64,000 nt of DNA from an uncultured Verrucomicrobiae bacterium (GCA_963828525.1 CAWHEP010000008.1:128001-192000); one strand, 5' to 3'. Numbered from the stretch's first letter, positions 22,324-30,129 are shown. The notes: generated from the sequence alone by a model not told the origin. Translations and numbers: made by a program.

Positions 22324-22911
22324 ATGTCTGATGCCCCGATCGAGATCGAGCGGTGCATCACCTTTGCTCGCGATGGCGACGAGAGCGCCTCTAGAGAGTT
22401 GATCACCCACCTTTATCCCTTGGTTCACAAGATGGTTTGCTCACACCTTCCAAAGCGCGCGGATATTGATGATCTATGCCAGGCCATCTTTGTGAAGGTG
22501 TTCCGCAACCTCTCGCAGTATTCCGGCAAAGTACCCATCGAGCATTGGGTTTCGCGGATCGCCGTCAATACGTGCTTGAATCAGTTGCGATCCGAAAAAG
22601 CGCGACCTGAACTTCGCTATGCGGACTTGTCGGAACAGCAGCTCGCCGTGGTCGAGAATCTGAACTCCACGGAAGAGAGCGAGACTTGCGCGACGGGCTC
22701 AGAGGCAAAGGAGCTTCTTGAGACGCTCCTGCAATGCCTTGCCCCAGCGGAAAGGATGCTGATACAGCTGCTGCATCTCGAGGAGAAATCCGTATCCGAG
22801 ATAAGTTCACTCACAGGCTGGAGCCGGCCGTTGGTAAAGGTACGCGCGTTTCGGGCGCGTCAGAAGCTAAAGAAGAAGCTGGCATCACTCCAAAGAAAGG
22901 AACGGACATGA
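22324..22911 (+). CDS. ECF sigma-70 factor
   Basis: DDLCQAIFVKVF, HWVSRIAVNTCLN (region 2); SVSEISSLTGWSRPLVKVRAFRARQKL (region 4). Confidence 0.93.
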   Translation: MSDAPIEIERCITFARDGDESASRELITHLYPLVHKMVCSHLPKRADIDDLCQAIFVKVFRNLSQYSGKVPIEHWVSRIAVNTCLNQLRSEKARPELRYADLSEQQLAVVENLNSTEESETCATGSEAKELLETLLQCLAPAERMLIQLLHLEEKSVSEISSLTGWSRPLVKVRAFRARQKLKKKLASLQRKERT

Positions 22912-23213
22912 ACTCGCCCGACCATCAACTGCATCGCTTGCTGAGCGCGGCGCGGCGGGGTATGACAGCCCTGCCAGCCGAGGAGCCGTTCGGCTTCAGC
23001 GGGCGCGTTCTCGCTATTGCGAGGGCGTCCGGAGGCGCGGAAATCAGTTCATACCGACTGATTATGCGCGCGCTCGGAGTCGCGTTCGCTGTCGCGATTC
23101 TCAGCGTGGGATCCAGCTACACCGGCATCCGGGATTTCCTTGACGCAAAATCGACTCCTGCGAGTGAGGCGCGGTTTGCGGATTCCGCGATCTCCCTGGC
23201 GATCACGCGCTGA
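22908..23213 (+). CDS. Small single-TM protein, putative anti-sigma factor
   Basis: ATGA overlap with sigma stop; LHRLLSAAR...PFGFSGRVLA followed by one TM helix. Confidence 0.65.
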   Translation: MNSPDHQLHRLLSAARRGMTALPAEEPFGFSGRVLAIARASGGAEISSYRLIMRALGVAFAVAILSVGSSYTGIRDFLDAKSTPASEARFADSAISLAITR

Positions 23214-23725
23214 TGAAAAGATGGCCCATCCTTGCCTCGCTGGCGGCGGCTTTCCTCCTGGGGGGAGTGACCGGAGGGGCCCTTTGTTTGCGCTTTACGC
23301 ATCCGCTGTTTGGGCCGCCTCCGCAGGCGGAGATGCGCGCGCGGATGCTGAGGCGGCTTGTGTCGGAACTCGACCTGTCTGAGGAGCAGTCCAGCAAGGT
23401 GCGCCCAATCGTTGACTCGATAGGCAGCAGCCTCGAATCCATCCACAAAGAGGCTTCCGCGAAGGTTTTGAAGGTATTCGACGACGCGGACGCCCAGATG
23501 AGTCGCGCGCTGAGCGAAGACCAGAAAAAGAAGCTGCTGTCTTTGCAGCGAGAACTGCGCGCTCGTCTAGAAGATCGCCCGCCACCGCCGCCGCGACATG
23601 GCCATTTTAGCGAGGGTCCTCCGCCGGATGGACCACCCCCTGAAGGACCCCCGCCGGATCGTCCACCCCCTCCAGACGGCCCCTACCGCTTCGGGCCACC
23701 GCCGCCTCCGCCTGGAGAACGATAA
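23213..23725 (+). CDS. Periplasmic helical protein (Spy/CpxP/heavy-metal-sensor-like) with Pro-rich tail
   Basis: AFLLGGVTGG anchor, ELDLSEEQ and LSEDQ (LTXXQ-like) motifs, poly-Pro C-terminus. Confidence 0.7.
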   Translation: MKRWPILASLAAAFLLGGVTGGALCLRFTHPLFGPPPQAEMRARMLRRLVSELDLSEEQSSKVRPIVDSIGSSLESIHKEASAKVLKVFDDADAQMSRALSEDQKKKLLSLQRELRARLEDRPPPPPRHGHFSEGPPPDGPPPEGPPPDRPPPPDGPYRFGPPPPPPGER

Positions 23726-23787
23726 CCACTGTGACTGTGCAGCGGGAACGCGCCGCACGAAAGCAGCTGAAAGGGGTTCATAGCTTG

Positions 23788-23997
23788 CTATACGTGTATA
23801 GAGGCAGAGTCTGATGAGATGCTTGCCATCCGACTTGAAGTATTCGTGCCGCTCAGTTGCGCGGAAAGACCTGTTCGCCTCTCGACGGCGTCAAACCCCT
23901 GATCAAAGCGGTCGGCGACGTCCGTGTAACAGCCCACTCCTTGACTCAGGCAGACCAGCCAGAGGCAAAGGAAGGCCCAGATCAGACGGCGTGGCAT
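23788..23997 (-). CDS. Small putatively exported peptide or RHS/YD gene remnant (69 aa)
   Basis: Signal-like N-terminus MPRRLIWAFLCLWLVCLSQGVG followed by YTDVADR and FDAVERRT, resembling degenerate YD repeats. Confidence 0.35.
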   Translation of the reverse strand: MPRRLIWAFLCLWLVCLSQGVGCYTDVADRFDQGFDAVERRTGLSAQLSGTNTSSRMASISSDSASIHV

Positions 23998-24114
23998 CGG
24001 TTAAGATTATTCCCGGTTCGAAGATGTCCGCAATCGCGTTCTTCGGGTCGGCGGGAAATTCGCTGAGGAATCTCAGCGCTTGGCCGCGACTATGTTCTTC
24101 CGCATTCTGGAGTC

Positions 24115-24268
24115 ACATAGCCTGATCGGACGCGTTTCTGACCCGGTTCACAGCGGGATTCGATCTGGGGCTGGAAAACGAATCCTGCGAGGCTGACGGG
24201 ACAGCACTCAGAGGGGGCTCGCCAGCGAAACCTCTCTATTCCCTTAAGCCGCCTCGGCGGGACTTTGT
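24115..24268. repeat. Diverged ~150-bp non-coding direct repeat, copy A (partner 26683..26845)
   Basis: Shared ordered blocks CGCGTTTCTGA, AGCGGGATT, GCGAGG, GGGACAGCACT, AAGCCGC..GGCGG; core 24131..24208 aligns 59/79 columns by hand. Confidence 0.85.
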
Positions 24269-24269
24269 G

Positions 24270-24449
24270 TTGATACGTCAGCACCCAAGCATGCGCCCGC
24301 CACCAGGTCTTCGCGCGCGTAAGCCTCTCCGACGGTCGTTAAAACAGCCGCCGATCCCCATCGGACTAGAAAATAGATTCTCGCAGGGTTCCGCGCGCCA
24401 TCACATGATAAAACGCGCCTGGATACGCGATTCGAATGCTCCTCGCCAT
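24270..24449 (-). pseudogene. Y1/HUH (RAYT / IS200-like) transposase N-terminal remnant
   Basis: Manual translation MARSIRIAYPGAFYHVMARGTLRESIF*SDGDRRLF...KTWWRAHAWVL with stops and indels; breaks off where the HUH motif is expected. Confidence 0.85.
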
Positions 24450-24520
24450 ACCCATCCAATGTGACCGAGTCTTCGAGGCGTGTCCAAAGATGCAGCCTGA
24501 CCCCTAGAATCGCGCTCGGC

Positions 24521-24561
24521 AGCAAAAAGCATGACGGCTTTTGTCGGCATGTCTTTTTGCT
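24521..24561. repeat. 41-bp imperfect palindrome upstream of the transposase remnant
   Basis: AGCAAAAAG-CATG-a-CGGC-tttt-GTCG-g-CATG-t-CTTTTTGCT. Confidence 0.75.
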
Positions 24562-24633
24562 CCATGGCGGGGGCGGATGGTTCTTGCGTCGCGTCGCTGA
24601 CAACCCCCCGCTCAATGCCTGCGCCAATACGAT

Positions 24634-24727
24634 GACATCGCTCGCACAACCGCGGTGACATCCGCTCGCACAGGCTTGCGACATCAACGCTGACAACCCT
24701 CGCACACGGCTGCGACAACGTTGCGCC
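24634..24727. repeat. Degenerate tandem repeat, ~11-12 bp period (~23-bp dimer)
   Basis: gacatcgctcgcacaaccgcggt / gacatccgctcgcacaggcttgc / gacatcaacgct / gacaaccctcgcacacggctgc / gacaacgttgc. Confidence 0.65.
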
Positions 24728-24857
24728 AAAAGTTCCTAACCCATCGTTAGGGGTAAGGCGTCCGTTCTCAAAAAGGCCATGCCCCTTGCGTGGCTACCGC
24801 GGGTTTCCACTCCTCGACCACACTTTCCAACTTCCCGCCGGGGGTTTGTGATCTAAC

Positions 24858-25228
24858 CTACTTCGACGCTTCCGCTAACAGTTTGCTGGGGGCAAGGAAC
24901 TCTTCGTGGTCTTCCTGAAACGACATGATTCCGCCCACAATGAACCCCTCCCAGCCGGAACCAACAAGCCGATACACCCTGTTGCCTGGCTCTATCAATT
25001 CATCCGGCTTGCTGGCCTGCTTCTCCAAATACTGCGGCTCTGCCTCCTCAATCCTTATCCCGTCGAACCATGCTCTAACTTCCATCGCTCGCACGTCTTG
25101 AAACAGGATGTCCAAGCGCGTCGGAACCTTGGGGTCTTTCTGCTCCGGAGAAGCAGCAAGCCATGACTTGCTGCATAACTGAAGATCACCAAGCTCCTAT
25201 CGGACTCGAATAGCGGCGTCGGGTTCAT
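24858..25228 (-). CDS. Putative immunity protein for the upstream RHS toxin (one frameshift near 25130)
   Basis: ATG overlaps the RHS stop (ATGA); joined reading MNPTPLFESDRSLVIFSYAASHGLLLLRSRKT..TRLDILFQDVRAMEVRAWFDGI, about 123 aa and acidic. Confidence 0.65.
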
Positions 25229-26673
25229 TGTGCGAATGGATTCAAGAGCAGCTTGCCATTTTGGTAGAAGTTCACCTGGGGCAGTCGCCCAGCCCCTTGG
25301 AGTTGTTTCAATTCCCACCCGGTGTTCGACCCGCTCCCCATTTCGTTGAGTATCATTTCCTCGGTCGTGTCACCATAGAAGCCAGCCATGTTGACGTGGA
25401 AGGTCGTGGTCGGATTCTGCACATGCGACATCAATACATTCTGCCACTCGGATTCTGGGACATCCAAAAGGTGCTGCGCACCAATGTCCGAAGCAAACGT
25501 ACGCAGTCCTCCCATGCGAGAACCGAGCGCGATGTTAGCTCCCGTCTCTGCGGCAACAATAGGAGGCTCAGTCTCCGTGAAACCAAGGGCTAGCGGCAAT
25601 AACAAGGACGCGGTGTTTTGAACGGCTTGTGTCAGCGCCGTGTTGCGATACCACCCGGCCTTCTCGAAGGGGCTGCGATACCCGCTAACCGTGTGTGCGA
25701 GGTCATTAAAAGCAGAATCCTCGACGTTATAGGAGGTCAGATTCGAGCGGATCCCGGTGTCGGCCACAGCCGCCAATTTCAGCGCGCCTGACGCTGTGTC
25801 GTAAAAGGTGTTCTCTGCGATATCAAGGGTGTAACCGGTGTCAGCTTTAGCATGGTTAAGCGCCGCCTTCCCGAGCCGCCCATCCGGATCGAGGCTGTTC
25901 ACAGGATCGCCGTTGGCATAGTCGTATAGTGACATGCTCGCCTCGAATCCCAGCGGATCGGGCGAAACAAACCTTTCCGCGATTGAGTCATAATACCTCG
26001 CGCCCATGTAATGAAACCCGGTCGGATCCATGCGCTTTGTGCGCCACGCAAGCGTCTGCCATGGCGCGAACCCCGATGTGCCATCGAGCGTCGGCAGGCT
26101 GTAGCCGGGCATCACGCCGTAACTGCTGAGCGGCACATTCCAATTTACTGAACCCGCCGCAAGACCCGCCACCACGTTGCCGAAATAGTCGCTTATCACC
26201 GGCGTCATGTTCCCGCCTCCCTCGTCCACCGTCGCCTCGAGCCCGCCCGTGCCCTGCAACCCGCCATACACCCCGCTTAGATCAGGGCTGTAGACGCTCC
26301 ATGTCCGCGCCCCGTTTACCGACACGCCAAGCTCCAGGAACTGAATCGCTCTCTCCCGTGAGTCTAGCCTTGCGGATTCGCCTTCGGTGAATCTACCCGA
26401 GTCGCGCCCCGCGACTACGTGTTCAACCTGCGGTTCAGGATGACTGTCGATCCAGACGCTCAGCGCCAGGGAGCCGTATGAGCAGCGGATCTTTGTGGAC
26501 CGCCCAGCGTCGCCATAATGCCCGAAAACCGTTCCACCCGCAAGAAGCAGGAACGCGGTGACAAAGGCGGCCAGTGCGCGAAGGTTCAACAGCGTTGCAG
26601 CATGACAAACCCAAGAAGAGGCGGCGAGGGAAAACCCTTTCATCTTTACTAAAGAGGTCAACGCGCTCCACAA
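25225..26673 (-). CDS. RHS repeat-associated core protein with C-terminal toxin domain (short/orphan form)
   Basis: DPTGFHYMGARYYD...FVSPDPLGFEASMSLYDYANGDPVNSLDPDGR core and cleavage motif, then ~215 aa variable C-terminus; no long YD array. Confidence 0.9.
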   Translation of the reverse strand: MWSALTSLVKMKGFSLAASSWVCHAATLLNLRALAAFVTAFLLLAGGTVFGHYGDAGRSTKIRCSYGSLALSVWIDSHPEPQVEHVVAGRDSGRFTEGESARLDSRERAIQFLELGVSVNGARTWSVYSPDLSGVYGGLQGTGGLEATVDEGGGNMTPVISDYFGNVVAGLAAGSVNWNVPLSSYGVMPGYSLPTLDGTSGFAPWQTLAWRTKRMDPTGFHYMGARYYDSIAERFVSPDPLGFEASMSLYDYANGDPVNSLDPDGRLGKAALNHAKADTGYTLDIAENTFYDTASGALKLAAVADTGIRSNLTSYNVEDSAFNDLAHTVSGYRSPFEKAGWYRNTALTQAVQNTASLLLPLALGFTETEPPIVAAETGANIALGSRMGGLRTFASDIGAQHLLDVPESEWQNVLMSHVQNPTTTFHVNMAGFYGDTTEEMILNEMGSGSNTGWELKQLQGAGRLPQVNFYQNGKLLLNPFAQ

Positions 26674-26682
26674 TAAAGCAGA

Positions 26683-26845
26683 ACATATCCGAGGAGAGTC
26701 GCGTTTCTGAGCGGGTTCGAAGCGGGATTAGGTAGGCTAAAAGACAAATGTCGCGAGGTTAACGGGGACAGCACTGGTTGGGGCGGGCCCGTGTGCTGAA
26801 GCGTTCGGAATGGAAAGGAGCAAGCCGCAGTCAGGCGGCCTCTGT
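26683..26845. repeat. Diverged ~150-bp non-coding direct repeat, copy B (partner 24115..24268)
   Basis: See copy A; core 26700..26775; lies directly 5' of the RHS ORF on the minus strand. Confidence 0.85.
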
Positions 26846-26964
26846 AGCTCAGAGGCTCTTTTCGGCGCATATCCTCCTCATGGGCGCGTTTGCGGCCCTA
26901 TGGTATGCGTTTGCTCGGAATGCCCCGCCTGCTCGGCAAACTACAGTTTGGACTCGATTTTGGG

Positions 26965-27555
26965 CTAAAAAACGGATCCCGCGAGGTTGATGGGGACAAC
27001 AATGGAGTCCGTATAGGTAAAAGCCGCGTCGTAACGCGCGGGTGGCGTGTTGTTTTGGAACGCTACAAACCCGCCCAATCCTTTCTTTGCCAACGGCACG
27101 ATGCTGTCGCAAACCAGATTCCACGCAACCCCGTCCTCCGACTGGTATCCAAAAAATTCATTGCCTTTGCGCACGAGCTTGAAAAACGCCCCAGCGGTCT
27201 CGCCAATCGGTGGATTCTGATCTGCCCCAACGGGACGCGAAGAAAATTGCGCTTTGCCATCGGGCCCGATAAACAACGCCGCGTATTTGGATCCCGCAGC
27301 CGACGAGTCACGAAACATTACACCTGCGACACCGGAACTGACGGACGGAGTCGCCGGAGGTTCAACGCGCTCGGACACGACCCCATCTCCGCTTAGCGGA
27401 CGCGACAGAAAGGCTAGCGAATCGCCAGCGCCTCCAAAGCCAAGCGGATTTCCCACCCGGCCGTCCACTAAATTATGCCGATGACTTGCTTTGTTACCTG
27501 TCTGTAACGCGTTCGTCACAGAACCCATTGCAATCAGCCTGCAGCCAGCGATCAA
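26965..27555 (-). pseudogene. Fragment encoding a ConA-like beta-sandwich (DUF1349-like) domain
   Basis: GAGDSLAFLSRPLSGDG, AGVMFRDSSAAGS, FKLVRKGNEFFGYQSEDGVAW; no convincing start or signal peptide. Confidence 0.55.
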
Positions 27556-28006
27556 TCCAGACCCGTCTGCTCAAAATCGTGACGTGCCGCCGCAACAATG
27601 TAAAGTCGGAGGTCCACGTGGAGGTTCGTACACATTTCGCTCGCCTGGAGCCGGCGGATCCCTCCGCCTCCGTGCAGGAGACGCCTCAGCGCCACCGTAC
27701 GCCCTCTCTCCTTCATTCTTCCCACATAATAATCTGGCGGCACCATTCACCTCATAACCCCATGTGCCGTTAACGGTCGAAAGCATTTTCCGCCCAGCCA
27801 AACACACCGGGCTGTCTGAGACGGCATGGAGAACGTGGCGGTTCGCATTCGGAGCTTTAAGGTTAAGAAGCCTTGCTGGTCCTTCTTCAGCTTCTCACTC
27901 CCCCACTCCCAATCTCGCGCGGCGGGGCATTACCGTCTGACCATCCCTTGATTAATGAATCCGCTCTGTCATTGTCTGGCAGAATGTTTTCAGGGAGTCG
28001 TGACGG

Positions 28007-28849
28007 ATGATCGGACTGAAGGAATCCGATGATTACGCGCCGATGGCGTGGATTGGGCGCTACCCTCTTTATTCAGCCGGGATTCTCGCGCTGATCCATG
28101 TTGCGGTGATGGTGTTGCTGGTGCTTGTCCCGCCCGTGACGCGCGTCAGCCTTCTCAGCGGGATGGCCTTCCATAGCGACGCGTTTCAGCGCCTGCATTT
28201 CTGGCAGTTTGGCACGTACACCTTCATCAATTTTCCAACGTTGTGGTTCGTGCTGGATATGTTCATGCTGGTGTGGTTCGGGCAGGAAGTGGAAAAGTTC
28301 ATTGGCCGGCGCGGCTTCCTGGCGCTCTATGGCGTTCTCTTGATTTTGCCGCCTTGCCTGCTCTCCGCAGTGGGCTTCTGGAGGGAAGCGATTCTAATGG
28401 GTCCGCGTTACCTGCACTTCGCGGTGTTCCTTGCTTTTGTCGCGCTTTATCCCGGGGTGCAGTTCTTCTTCGGCATACCGGCGAAATGGCTCGCGTGGAT
28501 CTTCCTTGCGATTTATACGCTTGATGGGCTTTCCAGCCGTGATTTCATTGACCTCCTCGCTCTCTGGTCAAGCGCCTCTGCCGCTTTTCTTTACGTTGAC
28601 TATTCCCGTGGATTTCCGAGTTTTGACAGCCTCCGAAACCGGTCTCCTGGGAAAAAAGCGGAGTCGCCAAGCAGACCTCCGAGGGCAAGAAAGCCTCAGG
28701 GGCAGGTTGTTCTGGAATCGATAGACCCGCTGCTGGATAAAATCGCGAAAAGTGGGCTTTCGAGCTTGTCTGCCAGCGAGCGGGAGAAGCTCGAACGGGC
28801 AAGCGCGGCGCTAAAAAGGGGGGAGTCAAAGAACAACGATGAAAGTTGA
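28007..28849 (+). CDS. Rhomboid-fold membrane protein with C-terminal DUF6576-like tail, apparently non-catalytic
   Basis: WQFGTYTF, WFGQEVEKFIGRR, FFGIPAKWL; tail IDPLLDKIAKSGLSSLS..ER..L; no GxS serine or TM6 His visible. Confidence 0.75.
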   Translation: MIGLKESDDYAPMAWIGRYPLYSAGILALIHVAVMVLLVLVPPVTRVSLLSGMAFHSDAFQRLHFWQFGTYTFINFPTLWFVLDMFMLVWFGQEVEKFIGRRGFLALYGVLLILPPCLLSAVGFWREAILMGPRYLHFAVFLAFVALYPGVQFFFGIPAKWLAWIFLAIYTLDGLSSRDFIDLLALWSSASAAFLYVDYSRGFPSFDSLRNRSPGKKAESPSRPPRARKPQGQVVLESIDPLLDKIAKSGLSSLSASEREKLERASAALKRGESKNNDES

Positions 28850-29660
28850 TTTCGGCGGCACGCGCAGCGGCAGCGTTCCGGGCGTTGAGGAACCTGTAAA
28901 CGAACTCCGCAAGATCGTCGCCCAGCTCCGCGCCCCCGGGGGTTGCCCTTGGGATCGGGAGCAGACGCACAGCGCGCTGCGGCGCGATCTCATCGAAGAA
29001 GCCTACGAGGTCGTCAATGCCATTGACCGGGAGGACGATGCAAATCTCCGCGAGGAATTGGGCGATCTCCTGCTACAGGTGGTGATGCACAGCCAAATTG
29101 CTGCCGAGGACGGACGTTTCGTATTTGATGATGTGGCCCGCGGCATCTCAGAAAAGTTGATTCGCCGGCATCCCCACGTATTTGGAGAAAAACGACTGGA
29201 TGGAGTGGAAGAGGTTCTGACTCAGTGGGACGAGATCAAACGGCGGGAAAAGGGGGCAGCGGCCGCCCGGCTGCTTGAGGATGCTCCGGCATTGCCAGCC
29301 GCGATGCGCGCGCAAAAGGTGCAGGTTCGCGCCGCGCGAACGGGTTTTGACTGGGCAGACATCGGAAGCGTTCTGAGCAAAGTACGCGAGGAACTGATTG
29401 AGGTTGAGGCCGAACTGGATAATCCGAGTAGGCTTCAAGAGGAAATTGGTGATCTCCTCTTTTCCGTGGTGAATCTGTCGCGGAAGGCAGGCGTTGACGC
29501 TGAACTGGCCTTACAGGACTCCACCTCCAAATTCATCCGGCGTTTCCATCGGATGGAGGATACCGCCAAAGTTCGCAAAGAAGATTTCTCCTCATTGGAC
29601 GCGGGAGAAATGAACGCGCTCTGGGAACAGGTAAAGAGTGACGAGCGAGCCCCAGGATGA
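28839..29660 (+). CDS. mazG: Nucleoside triphosphate pyrophosphohydrolase
   Basis: LRAPGGCPWDREQTH, EEAYEV, EELGDLLLQV, RRHPHVFG, GFDW, EEIGDLLF; start may be slightly downstream. Confidence 0.95.
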   Translation: MKVDFGGTRSGSVPGVEEPVNELRKIVAQLRAPGGCPWDREQTHSALRRDLIEEAYEVVNAIDREDDANLREELGDLLLQVVMHSQIAAEDGRFVFDDVARGISEKLIRRHPHVFGEKRLDGVEEVLTQWDEIKRREKGAAAARLLEDAPALPAAMRAQKVQVRAARTGFDWADIGSVLSKVREELIEVEAELDNPSRLQEEIGDLLFSVVNLSRKAGVDAELALQDSTSKFIRRFHRMEDTAKVRKEDFSSLDAGEMNALWEQVKSDERAPG

Positions 29661-29673
29661 TTGTATAAAAACG

Positions 29674-30129
29674 ATGAGTCTTACCCCCGCCGATGTGCTG
29701 CGCTCGGCGCGCTTCAACTTCGACCTCCAGGCAACGACGTATCGGCCCGCCATCGAGGAGCTGGTGGCATCCGCCGATGGTGATAACCGAATCGTTGATG
29801 AGTCAGGTCTGCGCCGGGACATCTTGCTGCGGGAGGACGAATGCTCCACCGCCCTGGCGTCGGGTGTCTCTTTTCCACATGCCAGAACCGCATGTGTGTC
29901 GGATATCGTCCTTGCAATCGGCCGGAGCAAAGCGGGCATAGTCACAAAGGAAAACACGACCATCCACCTTCTCTTCCTGATCGGCACTCCCAAGACAAAA
30001 ATCCAGGAATACTTGATGGTTGTCGGATTCCTGGCGAGGAATGTACGGCAACCCGAAGTCTATAGAGCCCTCTACGGGTCGGAGAGCCGCGAGGCGTTCC
30101 TTGCCGGACTTGGTTTGACGGGGAAATGA
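29674..30129 (+). CDS. PTS EIIA-type (fructose/nitrogen-regulatory) domain protein
   Basis: LLREDECSTALASGVSFPHAR with the phospho-acceptor His, IGRSKAGI, IHLLFLIGTP. Confidence 0.85.
   Translation: MSLTPADVLRSARFNFDLQATTYRPAIEELVASADGDNRIVDESGLRRDILLREDECSTALASGVSFPHARTACVSDIVLAIGRSKAGIVTKENTTIHLLFLIGTPKTKIQEYLMVVGFLARNVRQPEVYRALYGSESREAFLAGLGLTGK

Noticed and set aside
23755..23823. Hammerhead-like core: GAAA, stem III, CUA, then CTGATGA (type II order)
   Set aside because: Stem III can be drawn, but stem I does not pair next to the core and stem II is only 4 bp with a bulge; it also overlaps a plausible minus-strand ORF. A cmscan against the Rfam hammerhead models would settle it.
24597..24727. 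Possible CRISPR array
   Set aside because: Units are degenerate and contiguous with no unique spacers, and there are no cas genes.
23726..27990. Prophage or integrase-driven genomic island
   Set aside because: No integrase, tRNA target, phage genes or flanking att-type exact repeats were found.
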